Virus record (IMG/VR): IMGVR_UViG_3300034279_001376
Location: 1 to 44,775 of that record
Direction: 5' to 3' (one strand)
DNA from: a virus
Taxonomy: Duplodnaviria > Heunggongvirae > Uroviricota > Caudoviricetes
DNA: 44,775 bases
Shown: piece after piece, positions 19,201 through 29,100 of the stretch
Layout of the letters: each line of letters begins with the position of its first letter
How positions within the stretch are numbered: position 1 is the first letter of the stretch
Notes under the pieces: model-generated
The model's database searches: none
Told to the model about the DNA's origin: nothing
What the model saw: only the letters and a program-made list of their open reading frames with translations
Made by a program: the position numbers and the translations under genes

Positions 19201-22200
19201 AGACTTTGTTGTGTTTTACTTGTTTGAACACGCTATCTTTGGCAGCCTGAATAAATGCTTCTTTTGTTATAACCTCACCTTTTTTAACAAGACGAGATTT
19301 TACTATATCAATTATATCTTCATTTACATTAAATCCAGACTTGTCAGAAATAATCCCTAAAATCTGAGAAAGAGGGGAAGACTTAATAATGTCTATTTGA
19401 CTCATTAACTCCTCGTACAATTGCTCATATTTTTCTGACAAATAGTTTTCATTGGGAGCAGTTATGTACCTACCGTTCTTACCAATAGAAGGTAAAATTA
19501 CACTTTCCTTATCATAGTCATAATCCGTACCTGATTTGGTAACAATTTGTGGGGGTGGTACAATAGTATTACCCATCCATTGAGGCAAGAATCTCTTGAC
19601 CATAAATATGTCCATAGAGTTCAGACCTTGTGTTGGAATACGATAAGCAGAAAGAGTTAATTCTTTTTTATATTTTTTGCGGAAAGCCTTGTCTTTTAAT
19701 AACTCGTTGAGTTCTTCGAGAGTGTTATTAGTTACTTCTGGGAGGTTCAAAAGATTCAAAAAATCCCCTGAAAGTGTGACCATACAATCAGCAGGTAACA
19801 CTTCTCCATTTTCATAACGATAAAACTCTAATTCTTCTGCACCAAATAATGCAGGAGCCACTTGAACCAATTGCCCACCCGGAAACTTGGCTTTCACAAT
19901 ACGATTTTTTAAAAGCGAATATATTAAGGTTTCAACACTTTGAGGACTTAAAGATTCTTCGAGGTTTTGACCTGAGTAATTGTCGAATAATTCAGTATAA
20001 GCCAAAGGTAAATCTCTGCTTTCTAACTCTTCCTTGATTAATTCTACAACTTTATAAACATCTACTTGTCCATCCTCTGCTCCTAAGTCTTTCATCAAAG
20101 TTTCCCTAGCATTTTCTGCAAGTTCTCTTTGGCCCTCTATCCAGTTACCTACCGCAGACTTGAGTGAGTTCATAAACTCCCCATTTAAGGAGATGTTAGA
20201 AAGAACCAACTTTCTTTTCTGAGAACCCATCAAATTTTCTGTCTTGATGTAATCAGGAGTTTTTACTTGCTCCTTTAAATAAACAGTGTCTATTTCGTGC
20301 ACAGATTCGTACTCTTTAACCACTTGCCAATCATCAGCATTAAATGTTCCTAACTTGGTTCCTGATTGAAATTTACCGTATGCTATGCCTTGTTTTGACA
20401 TTTGCTCAAAATGCTGTTCTGCTAATGTTCCTTTGATAAAGTCAGGAAACAAAGGAGTAAGAGCAAACTTGTCCAATAACTCTACTGCTACATTAGTTTT
20501 ACTAGCAGGTCTTGCAGAACCTCTGTATTGGAATTTCAACTTAGGAAACTGAAAGTACCAACCTTTTTCTTTGATGTTTAATTCGACTTGCTCAAACAGC
20601 ACTTGTTCTTGTTCTGAGATTATGAATCCTTTTTCTTTCTTAAATTTAGTTGCTAAGTATTGAAAACCTTCTTCTTTTTCAGGTCCCCAAGAATTTACTG
20701 CTTGACACATAATTCTATAAGCATCAGGATGTACCCAACCTTCACCATCTCCTATGTCAGAACTTGGACCATCTTCTTTAGTAGAGTTTCCATAAGGAGC
20801 CACAACTTCGGATGCTCTTTCTTCCAAGTTCTCAGGAGTTCTACCAAAAAACTCATCAGTTAATTTTAATGAGTTTTTAGCACCTTCTGTTAAGTTCTTA
20901 ATCTGTTCTGGAGAAGCCTTCATTTTAGCCTCTTTCAGAACTATGGATTTCATTTTAGTGGTGTCATTGTAATATTCTGGTCTAACCCCAAAAGCCTCTG
21001 AGAAAGTGCCTCCTTGGAGCCTTTCTTTAAATACGGTCTGTGCAGCCTGTGACATTACAAAAGGAGTACCGTTTGAAATGTTAGACTTTAACCTTTTGTA
21101 TATTTTGTCAAATTGCCCCAGTTCTCCATGAAACAAAATAATTTCTTCGATGGACATTACCAAGGAATTGAGAAGAAACTTATCTAATAATCCCTCTAAG
21201 TCCTCAGATGCTTCTTTCTGTAATTGAGAAAGGAATATAGGATGGCTTTCATCTACTGGTTGACCAGTCTCTTGAAGAATCCAATTTTTAAAGTCTTGTT
21301 TTTGAGCCTCAAAGTATGCCTCGAATTGCTCGTAAAATTCCTCTTTTCTGTCCTCTACAAATTGAGACACCTGCTCCAAAGACACGAGATCAAGATCAGT
21401 CAAAAAAGTGTCATCTAAAAAACTAAAAAATGTTAAACCTTGTTTTTTGTTTTCGTAGAATTTAGAGCCATATTTAGTAGGTTCATTTCTCTCTAGCCAA
21501 ACTCTTTCTAGTTCTCCTTTTAAGTATTGTTTGAATTGAACCTTGGCATTTTCTATTACATTTTTAGTGCCCAATGGAAGGTAAGTTCCTGCAACAGTGC
21601 TTGATTTACCATAAGCCACTCTAAACCCAAATGAAGAAGATGCTGTTTCTGCTCGAAGGTTCTCTTTGAAGCCACCCTCCAACACAGTGACCAATTCTTG
21701 TCTTACATACTCAATCGTAGGCAAGGAGATAGTATTGGTTCCATTCTCTAAGAATTGTGTTCCTGATACATTAAGAGGGGTTATTTTAGCACCACCTTTA
21801 ACCGCATTTAATGCCAATGAGTACTTGGCGATAGGATTTCTTAACCTTTCTACCCGTTCAAAATTACCTTCGTTTATAAACTTAATATTAAGCAGATAAG
21901 AAGAAAAATTATGCAGATTGCTCTGATTCTTCCCCTCTGGGTTTTTAGTCATATTACTCGTAGAATATGGCAAATACTTTGACATGGTGTTTTGGAAGTC
22001 AAGAACAACTCCTTTGTATCCTATAAACTTCTTACCGTCTATTTCTTGAGCATTTTCTAAAAAGTCAAATATATCAAAAGTAATTTCTAGTTCTGTGTTC
22101 TTTACGTATTCTAACTTATTTACCAATTTTGTCAAGAAATTTCCACTAACGGAGTAAACCTCGTTACGTACAGTAGGATATGATTCCATCTGAGAAGTGA

Positions 22201-25200
22201 TATTTACCCCGAAGTTTTTCATTACTTTTTTTATGCTGTCCTCAGTGTATCCACCTCTGATTGTTTTTAACTCCTTGTTTAAGTAATCTAAGAGAGAGTT
22301 AGGTGTCAACTCATCAAACTCCTTGTCTGCAAAAGCCTTAAAACTGTCCAACATTGCAGACTTAATATTTTGTGCATCTAGTCTTCCTGATTCAAAAATA
22401 TCATAAGAAAATTTCCGGTCAGGTCTTTCTTTAGAGTATTGGGTATTAAGACCTGCAAATTCTTGCTCAAACATTTCCTCTTCATACACTGGCTCTCCAT
22501 ACTCCTCTTGCTCATACCAATTATCTTTAGAGTTTATTTCTTTCTGCTTGACTATAATAGTAGGCACTAAAACCTTTGAAAAAGATTGCTCTATTCCTTT
22601 CAAAATAAACATTTCTTCATAAGCACTATCTCCTGTGCCAGTTAATTGCTCTAGGCGTTCTAGCACTATGTTCATTTCAGGCAATTTTTTGTAGCCTTTT
22701 AATTTTTCCTTAATTTCCTCGATGTCAAGTGAGCCATGCACTGCATCAGCAATACTGTTCCATAAGGTAGTATAATCACTAGGAATTAAATTACCGTTTT
22801 TATCCTTGGCATAAACATACTGTCCATTATCCATTACTGGTTCCCCATCTTCTAGGAGGATCTTAGGAATCATTTTAATAAACACTCTCGCATATTTAGT
22901 ACCAGCATCTACTGAACTGATAGAACTTTCTGTTCTGTCTTGAAATTTAGTCTCGGTATCAGACTGAGTTTTGTCTTTTACTTCAAGTTCCGCTAGTTTT
23001 GAGGATTTTAACCAAGTCTCAAAAGTAGCATCAAAGTCTTTCAAGAAAGGTTTAAGATACTCAGCCCTTAAAGGGTCTTTAGATTCTAATTCTAACTCTT
23101 CTAATAGCACTTCTTTAACCAATTCAGCATCCAAATCTCCATTTAAAAGATCAGCAAACTGCCCTATATCCCATGCCAGATTCGAGAGTAACATGTCTAA
23201 ATGAGCAACAGGTATTTCTGGTACACGGTCAAATGAACCTAGTATTTTTTTCTTGCTTACTAAAGTTCTTTTCTTAGGTCCTATCTCCGAGGGTACATTT
23301 TCTACAAATTGTTGAACTTTTGAAGTCCTGTTAAATATCAATTTGAGAAGATCAAAAGTAACTTGCTCTTGTATGCTTGGATTCTCGTAGAATAAACTGG
23401 CTATTTTAGACATTAACTCATTTAAAAGACCAAGAATGTATTCGTAAATTCCTTGGTTGCTTGTTGTCTCATAAGTAAAACCTGATTCTTTAATCAAGTC
23501 CTGCATAAAAGGCATAGTCAAGGAAGTTACAAACTCTTCCATGCTTTCTGTATAATACTGCATTCTGTCAATACTATACATACTTCTAAGATGGTTTCTT
23601 AGTCTGTCTAATTCTTGGTATTCTACTGTGTCTTTTTGGGAGCCTAAATTATCTGCTGTGTAAGCATGGATCAATTCTTCAAGTACGTATCCTTTTACAT
23701 TTCCCTTGGTAATTTGGGAAGCCCTTAAATAAATTTGACCATTAGTATAGGCTGCTATTAAGTCAGTGCCTAATTTGTCCATTTCAGCATCAGACAGGAA
23801 ATTGACTGACTTACCCTCTTTCAAAAGAGAATAAACCAATTCACCTTGCTCGCTTAGTGGTTCCCCTTTGATTGAATTGATAGGAACTGTTCCTACTGGG
23901 AAATCTTGAACCTCTTGAATATCAGAAACTTCAAGTCTGTCCCTATCGTAAGTAAATACATAGTTTTCTGCATAACCCAACCTACCGTTTACTTGGGTTA
24001 ATCTAGTGCTTAGTTTTCCTAGTAAATATTCTTCCTGTTCAGGTTTGGGCCATAAGGTGTCTTTAATACCATTGTCATAAGTTAACCTTTTGGTGTAACT
24101 ACCTACACTGTTTCCCTCGAATGTTTTGGGTACACGTATTCTCTGACCTAATAGAGCCAATCTAACCTTGGGTGTTATTTCACGCACTGGTTTTTGATTG
24201 GTTTCAGTCACATAACTTCCCTCACTTTTATACCTTTCGACTGAATATTCTATCTTGAAATTGTCACCTTCCTTGTAAGGGTAAAAAGCAATTCCTCTGC
24301 TTGTAACTTTAATTCCTTTGGTTAAAGCCTCTTCGTATGTTTGAACATCTTTGGGAGTGGTGAATTCACCTAGCATTAATATTTCGTTCAGGTAATTAAT
24401 AACTTTAGAAACTTCTGCAAAAGATTTGTAATCGCCTGCCATTAACCCTAAAACCTCTTTGTGCAATTCCTCTCCATCAGTAAGGGTTCCAATGGAAATT
24501 AATTCAACACCTTTAGGCCCTCTTAATCTAGGTACACCTCTGTCCCCAAATGGTGCTTCTTTATCAGGAATGAATATTTGGTCAAGAGTTACTCCTCTCT
24601 CTTTAAAACTTTTATACTCGCTGTCCACAGAGGTTGCTTCTACCCTGTAAGTTATTTCTTTTCCTTCACTCAACAACTGCTCAAATTCTGCACGTTTCTG
24701 AGAAGGCACGGATAGGTAAAGTTGAGAACCTCTTTTTCTTTCTTCTTCTATCTTGTAATCAAATATATACGCCTTTGACTTATCAGTAGTCAATTCACCA
24801 GCCTCAAATTGTTTAGGTTTAGAGGTTAAATATAATGGCTTCCATACACCGTTTTCTTTCCTTTCTAAAATAGCAACTACTCCTTTCCCAGAATTAACTT
24901 GAGCCCTTGTTAAAGGAACTCCATTGGCTAAAGGTTGCACAAAATCTTCACTGGCTCTCACCACTTTAACTCTAGTTTCTCCTTCTAGCCCTAAGATCAG
25001 GGCTTGTCTGGCCAAATCCAATTCATCAGTACTTGTGCTGAAAGTCTTGAAAATCAACCCTTTAGAGGCAGTTGTTTTGGTGATAGGTTCTGGAGCCACC
25101 ACCTCTTTCTCCTCGTAGTCCTTAAAGTTATCAAGTGTAACAGGCTCAAATCCCATCACTAGATTGGCACGTTTTTCTGCTATTGACTTAGATATTGAGT

Positions 25201-25756
25201 CATCTATTTCTACGCCAAAATCCTTGGCTATCTCTAAATAATAGTCAATAATCCCGTTGTCTCCTATTACTGAGTTTAAGAATTTGCTGCTTTGTTTGTC
25301 AGTTTTTTCAAGTATTTTAGGGACTTGGTTTTCTAGGACATTCTTTACATTAGAAGCATCAGGTAAAAAGTAGTTTCCTAAGAAAAGTGTGGCTAGAGTG
25401 TCTAAGTCAGAAGCCTTTCCTAATTCCGTATTAATGTCAGGGATAGTGATGCTGTACTTATTCACGGTAGCCCCCTTAACTAAACCTTTTAAGTTCTTAC
25501 CCAGTTCGAGGTTGGGCAAAGAAACTTGCACCTCAAGACCATTTGCTGTGTCTATAACTTGTAAAAACTTGAGTTTTTTAGCAACCCCTTTTTGTCCTTG
25601 GAAATCCAAAGAAACTGGAATTGCTTTTTTGTCCACCAATAAAGCCTTTTTGAGTGCTTTCTTGAAGTCCTCTATGTTGTCGAATTTATTCCCAAGTTGT
25701 TTTGAGAGTAAAGGGTCTTTTATAATTAATTTACAATTCAATAAACTTAGGTTCAT
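16259..25756 (-). CDS. Single-chain crAss-type virion RNA polymerase (~3165 aa) with N-terminal zincin-like and C-terminal SLOG-like accessory domains
   Basis: 'SAYRIPTQG' (RIPTQ at 19628-19642) is followed ~40 aa later by 'KSGTDYDYDK' (DYDYD at 19511-19525). This matches the RIP...DxDxD arrangement of double-psi-barrel RNAPs such as phi14:2 gp66 (DFDID). 'DGEGW' lies at ~20740. The start was moved from 25789 to the ATG at 25756, which forms an ATGA overlap with the upstream stop. Confidence 0.88.
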   Translation of the reverse strand: MNLSLLNCKLIIKDPLLSKQLGNKFDNIEDFKKALKKALLVDKKAIPVSLDFQGQKGVAKKLKFLQVIDTANGLEVQVSLPNLELGKNLKGLVKGATVNKYSITIPDINTELGKASDLDTLATLFLGNYFLPDASNVKNVLENQVPKILEKTDKQSSKFLNSVIGDNGIIDYYLEIAKDFGVEIDDSISKSIAEKRANLVMGFEPVTLDNFKDYEEKEVVAPEPITKTTASKGLIFKTFSTSTDELDLARQALILGLEGETRVKVVRASEDFVQPLANGVPLTRAQVNSGKGVVAILERKENGVWKPLYLTSKPKQFEAGELTTDKSKAYIFDYKIEEERKRGSQLYLSVPSQKRAEFEQLLSEGKEITYRVEATSVDSEYKSFKERGVTLDQIFIPDKEAPFGDRGVPRLRGPKGVELISIGTLTDGEELHKEVLGLMAGDYKSFAEVSKVINYLNEILMLGEFTTPKDVQTYEEALTKGIKVTSRGIAFYPYKEGDNFKIEYSVERYKSEGSYVTETNQKPVREITPKVRLALLGQRIRVPKTFEGNSVGSYTKRLTYDNGIKDTLWPKPEQEEYLLGKLSTRLTQVNGRLGYAENYVFTYDRDRLEVSDIQEVQDFPVGTVPINSIKGEPLSEQGELVYSLLKEGKSVNFLSDAEMDKLGTDLIAAYTNGQIYLRASQITKGNVKGYVLEELIHAYTADNLGSQKDTVEYQELDRLRNHLRSMYSIDRMQYYTESMEEFVTSLTMPFMQDLIKESGFTYETTSNQGIYEYILGLLNELMSKIASLFYENPSIQEQVTFDLLKLIFNRTSKVQQFVENVPSEIGPKKRTLVSKKKILGSFDRVPEIPVAHLDMLLSNLAWDIGQFADLLNGDLDAELVKEVLLEELELESKDPLRAEYLKPFLKDFDATFETWLKSSKLAELEVKDKTQSDTETKFQDRTESSISSVDAGTKYARVFIKMIPKILLEDGEPVMDNGQYVYAKDKNGNLIPSDYTTLWNSIADAVHGSLDIEEIKEKLKGYKKLPEMNIVLERLEQLTGTGDSAYEEMFILKGIEQSFSKVLVPTIIVKQKEINSKDNWYEQEEYGEPVYEEEMFEQEFAGLNTQYSKERPDRKFSYDIFESGRLDAQNIKSAMLDSFKAFADKEFDELTPNSLLDYLNKELKTIRGGYTEDSIKKVMKNFGVNITSQMESYPTVRNEVYSVSGNFLTKLVNKLEYVKNTELEITFDIFDFLENAQEIDGKKFIGYKGVVLDFQNTMSKYLPYSTSNMTKNPEGKNQSNLHNFSSYLLNIKFINEGNFERVERLRNPIAKYSLALNAVKGGAKITPLNVSGTQFLENGTNTISLPTIEYVRQELVTVLEGGFKENLRAETASSSFGFRVAYGKSSTVAGTYLPLGTKNVIENAKVQFKQYLKGELERVWLERNEPTKYGSKFYENKKQGLTFFSFLDDTFLTDLDLVSLEQVSQFVEDRKEEFYEQFEAYFEAQKQDFKNWILQETGQPVDESHPIFLSQLQKEASEDLEGLLDKFLLNSLVMSIEEIILFHGELGQFDKIYKRLKSNISNGTPFVMSQAAQTVFKERLQGGTFSEAFGVRPEYYNDTTKMKSIVLKEAKMKASPEQIKNLTEGAKNSLKLTDEFFGRTPENLEERASEVVAPYGNSTKEDGPSSDIGDGEGWVHPDAYRIMCQAVNSWGPEKEEGFQYLATKFKKEKGFIISEQEQVLFEQVELNIKEKGWYFQFPKLKFQYRGSARPASKTNVAVELLDKFALTPLFPDFIKGTLAEQHFEQMSKQGIAYGKFQSGTKLGTFNADDWQVVKEYESVHEIDTVYLKEQVKTPDYIKTENLMGSQKRKLVLSNISLNGEFMNSLKSAVGNWIEGQRELAENARETLMKDLGAEDGQVDVYKVVELIKEELESRDLPLAYTELFDNYSGQNLEESLSPQSVETLIYSLLKNRIVKAKFPGGQLVQVAPALFGAEELEFYRYENGEVLPADCMVTLSGDFLNLLNLPEVTNNTLEELNELLKDKAFRKKYKKELTLSAYRIPTQGLNSMDIFMVKRFLPQWMGNTIVPPPQIVTKSGTDYDYDKESVILPSIGKNGRYITAPNENYLSEKYEQLYEELMSQIDIIKSSPLSQILGIISDKSGFNVNEDIIDIVKSRLVKKGEVITKEAFIQAAKDSVFKQVKHNKVLEASKDIVLNPVNFHRLITPNTDALIKGAVEEVTAKLYPGVGKVNAEPQLSRVFSYTTHLKKWKAVKIKDLLGIGAVANTFYTLMQTVDFKLNSFLTINEVGFEFNVPLLTEEEQKLVKISDPFIIDKERTTLDKLEIINQFINITVDAASNDIAGYTNLISDNTGFVMFQTMLGTPLPKVLKLLHQPEIYTYHQKINVLVGKGYSRGEAKKEAMLELLEIDPVIVTQDGTFPKSNKKIWEDIKRIGYSNPLNLREIQPLGSRSTFNKEVLVYYLVGLAQADALRKVQSKNNFDTSTNPSYKMSNIQEENPDVEVDGLFSLESSDKIHNDSVISHLNVHEEFKLISEAAFGIKNDKVFVDFVTQKGLGVKSDKEKFVRVIDNDFLMAIIQNLGNEDLVEVQNLMTGPLMDTWANLKEKYPELKDTVLGSKLIADRYEDFVNPMYFVGLDNDTDTYDTLAQDIQNLLNGTPDQAQFAKDLVRVAFFQSGFNQSKLYMLKGIPPSMITAITSEAYTKFTRLGEKQKQEFINKFWQKFLQNRVLEFGSSFVKEYNPAGVNAVKAMFDKRNFRFMKYQFDFNEQVQSIPVTIEITPKSTNYTEHTLYSGDAIGADKLWAAQSKEFGVGKTVNYKVETLNSLTKPQQEEVESAYLKAKDDLGRKTLSYNWVSPQREDYVGGLVRRDYLQAKAADAIFAISDIIGVGEKGKASKGTRYTSKSSKEIVDGGTGYAVQMAINLGKPVYVFHQGTNSDNKASVGWYKWDYSTEKFVSVPTPVLTKKFAGIGTREINEAGKQAIKEIFNNSVNTPSVEPVSVTNQNVFSWNAVKQTLGIKPSFENSPLTEKEISKISFEQIEERQRFPQSKTDILASDFGGKKGVRLTAETFKRNFDKNWLQERGINYVSNKGQSLDLYLEDLNDTYKLGFTVDDVIDFISENKSPSAYWISEQKRIETALRSEISSPLLDDKVVDLCAIKGKPNNNIPF

Positions 25757-26190
25757 AAAATAAAATATTCTGTTTTGTTTGAAATACAAGGACTCGCTAA
25801 AGTAGGAAAGTTAAAACTGTACAAAGTTCCTTCCCAATTTATTTTTTCTTGTGAAACTATTTTGTGGTCTGTGAGGTGAGTTTTAAAGTGCTTACAACCT
25901 TTTGTAAAAAATGTAGATGTAGGTTCTAACCGGATTACTTCGTCAAATTCTACATAATTTTCCCACTGCTCTAGTAAGGATAACTCAGTGGCAAGTTCTG
26001 TTTTTTTAATCTTGGTTTTGTCCAACACTCCTGAATAATGAAATTTTGTAAAAACAGTTTGCTTTTGCCATACTATCTTATTTTCAGAAAGCGTTAGAAA
26101 TACAGTGTCTAAAGTTATACTAGACAGTAACTCCCATCCGTTGTCAGTAAATACAAAATGAAAATCTGGTATAGCCAGTAATTTATTCAT
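25753..26190 (-). CDS. 145-aa stand-alone Hint/intein-fold-like protein lacking splicing residues
   Basis: Coupled on both sides (TAATG at 26190, ATGA at 25753). 'FVFTDNGWELLSSITLDTVFLTLSENKIVWQK...YSG' and 'EKINWEGTLYSFNFP' resemble the N- and C-terminal blocks of Hint domains by eye. Confidence 0.5.
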   Translation of the reverse strand: MNKLLAIPDFHFVFTDNGWELLSSITLDTVFLTLSENKIVWQKQTVFTKFHYSGVLDKTKIKKTELATELSLLEQWENYVEFDEVIRLEPTSTFFTKGCKHFKTHLTDHKIVSQEKINWEGTLYSFNFPTLASPCISNKTEYFIL

Positions 26191-29100
26191 TAACAATCTA
26201 AATTTATTAGGTTATTTTGCACTGACTGCAAAAGTACTTGTTTTAATTCATTACTAGCATCTTTTGAAAAGAAATCTATTTTTTCTTCCAAAGTGGCCTC
26301 TTGCTTTCCATAAAGTTCTGCTATTTTAGAGTCAATTTCAGCATTGATTTTATCTATAAGTTCTTGTTTAGTTTTTGCACTACGTGCTCCTATTGTCATA
26401 AAACTATTATATTCGGAATCAAACTCTATATTTCTCAAGTATCTTGCTTTGTCATCTTCGAGTTCCTTTACTTTCCTTTGTATTTCTTTTTCTTGCTTTT
26501 CTTTTTTCCTAGCCTCTACTCCATCTTTTCCGTATCTAATTGTGTCTGCAAACTCTGCTATGTTAGAAACATCCTGATACCCTAATAAAAACTTGTGTGC
26601 CATTTCAAAAGTGTCAAAAGTGTATACGCTTGTATTAGTAAAAGTACCAATGTTTGCATAGTATGCTGGACCATTGTTTTGTATAAACCCATCATTAAAA
26701 CTTGTTCTTCCTGTTTCAAATAATTCCTGCCTTCTTGTATTAACAATACCTGCTTTTTCTTCCAAAGTAGATTCTTGTTCAGATTGTGTATTAAAAATAG
26801 TACTAATATCTATTCCAGTAAAATCTTTGGTGCTTAGAATTATATACTTTTCTAAATAGTCTTTTGTTTTGTAATTACTGTTACCAATTAGTTTTCTTTT
26901 AACACTGAGTACTTGTTCAACCTTTTCACTGGGTATAAATTTACTGTTTACTATTTCTAATATTCTTGAAATCCCTGCATCCACACTGTCTTTGTTTCCA
27001 AAGTCAATAGAATCCAAAACAGCAAAAGCATCTTTACTTATGGTAAGACCGTTAAAATCGGGCAAGTCTCTCAAATTAATTTCTTTATTTTTTTCATCTT
27101 TCTTTTCAAGTTCACTTCCCCAAGTAAGTACTATTTTCTTATCCAAGTAAATTTTACCATCTTTTACTTTTACAGTACCTTTAGTAATTTGTACTTGTCC
27201 TTTCTTGGGCCTTCCTGTTCCCCTTAATTCCGCTACATTTTGATGGCTGTCTATGAAACTAAATACTTCTGTTTCGGAATTGGGGTCAAAATAAAATTCA
27301 CCAGTAACTCCGTTGTGTTTTACTATAATATTACCGTTTGATAAACCATCAAATTGCCCGTTGAACAATTTTGCAGAGTCTGTTACAAAAGTCATAGGAA
27401 AATTTGTAACAGATTCCGCTCTGGTTGAATCCGGTAAACTTTCTGGTATTAACAAGTCTGTAACTGGTTCCTTCTCTATAACTGGTTCTCCATCCAATGA
27501 ATAATACTCGTGTCTTTCTGGTCTGTTTAACTTGATCTTATCTTGTAACAAATTCCCGTTTGTTAAAGTCCATATTGAAATACCATCAGCAGTAGCCAGA
27601 GTTCCTTTGATTATGTATCTTCCTCCGTCTTTTTTAGGCTCTTTGACCAGTTCTTTACCTTTGATTAATTCGTCAAGTTCCGCTTGGTTTTCTTTCCTCA
27701 TCTTCTCTTTTTGTGCTTTGTCTCTAACCATAGCATCATACGCATCCACCTCTATCTCTTCATCTGTCATTACTCTTACTCCCTCATTTACAGGTTCTTG
27801 TACAATTGGAGGTGTGGGTGCAGCAGGTGTTGGTGCATCAACTTTTGTAATTTCCCACTGATAAATTGAAGTTATTCCATTGTTAGTGTAATTATCTGGA
27901 CCAAACACAATAGTATTGGTCTCATTTCCAACTTCTCTGCCTCCTATAAAAGTCCCCCTAGTGTCTCCCAGAATGTATAGTTTACCCCCAAAATTTACTA
28001 TGTCCCCAGAATTAAGAGTTCTGAGAAAATAATACTGGTGAGGTCCAAAATCAATAGGTTCTGTGTCGGGGTTATTGGCTTGTTCTGCTTCATCCAAACC
28101 TGCGAGTGTTTCCACCATGTCAGTAGCAGATTGCTCTGGATTGTCAGCATTTTTTATCAACTCCTCTTGGGTTGCCTTAATCATTTCTTCTTGTAACCTA
28201 GCCTCTTCAAGTTGTCTCATTTTTTCTTCAAGTGACCTACCACTGGCAGTTCCTGCATACTCGTGTTCTAGGATTAACTGTTGAAGAGTTTCAGGGTTGT
28301 CTAGGTTTTGACTGATTCTTTCGTAAAGAACCTCTAAATCTAGTAACTGCCTACTTGTTGCTTTTTCTCTTAACGTATCTCCCAAGTCCGAGTAATAGTC
28401 TTTTTGGTTCTTTAATGCCTCAATTTGGCGATTCTTAAATCCTAAATAACTGCCTATGGTGTCCCTGTCACCCAAGGCCACAAGAGTAGCATAAGTAATG
28501 TCAGAATCTTGAGGATTGTTGTTTCCTAGTTTAATCTCTTCTTGGAGGGAAAATACATCACTTTGAGTATTTCTAAGTCTCCCTAGAAGATAACTCTGAT
28601 TTTCTTTCCAATCCTCAAACAATTTCTGTTGAACTGTTGAAACTTTGCTTTGGTCAACTTTGAATTTCTTAACTAAAAGATCCTTCACCTTACTGTTAGA
28701 GAAAGGGTTACTTTTAAAAGACTTTTCTACGGCTATTTTCTCGTCTTGAATTTGTTCTACTTCGGTAATTAATTTATTTATTACCTTAGATTTATCTAGG
28801 TCAGATTTTAAACCTTGAGTTGGGTCTTGATAAAATGCTTTGTTGTATTCTTCAAGAGAAAGGTCATTTAAGTCCTCAAGAGAACTCTTTAAGTCTTCTA
28901 CCTTACCAAATTTTGCAGCATTACTCACCGTTCTGTAAAGAGACTTGTAAGCATTTTGAAACTGGTCTGTTCTGCTTTGATTCGTAAGAGAGTCTTCAAG
29001 GCTTGACAATTCACCAACACTAGCCCTAAAAAGATCTAGGTCTTTGTTCATAGTGTCAGTGATTCCTTGCTGTCTGTCTGACCCAAATATGTTATTTTTA

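Noticed and set aside
25757-25789. Track start for the RNAP at 25789 (MYFKQNRIFYF)
   Set aside because: It overlaps the upstream gene by 37 nt; the ATG at 25756 gives the ATGA coupling seen elsewhere in the operon.
25753-26196. A functional intein or split intein joining the cargo protein and RNAP
   Set aside because: No Cys/Ser1, no block-B His, no terminal Asn followed by Cys/Ser/Thr, and stops separate it from both neighbours. Kept only as a degenerate Hint-like fold.
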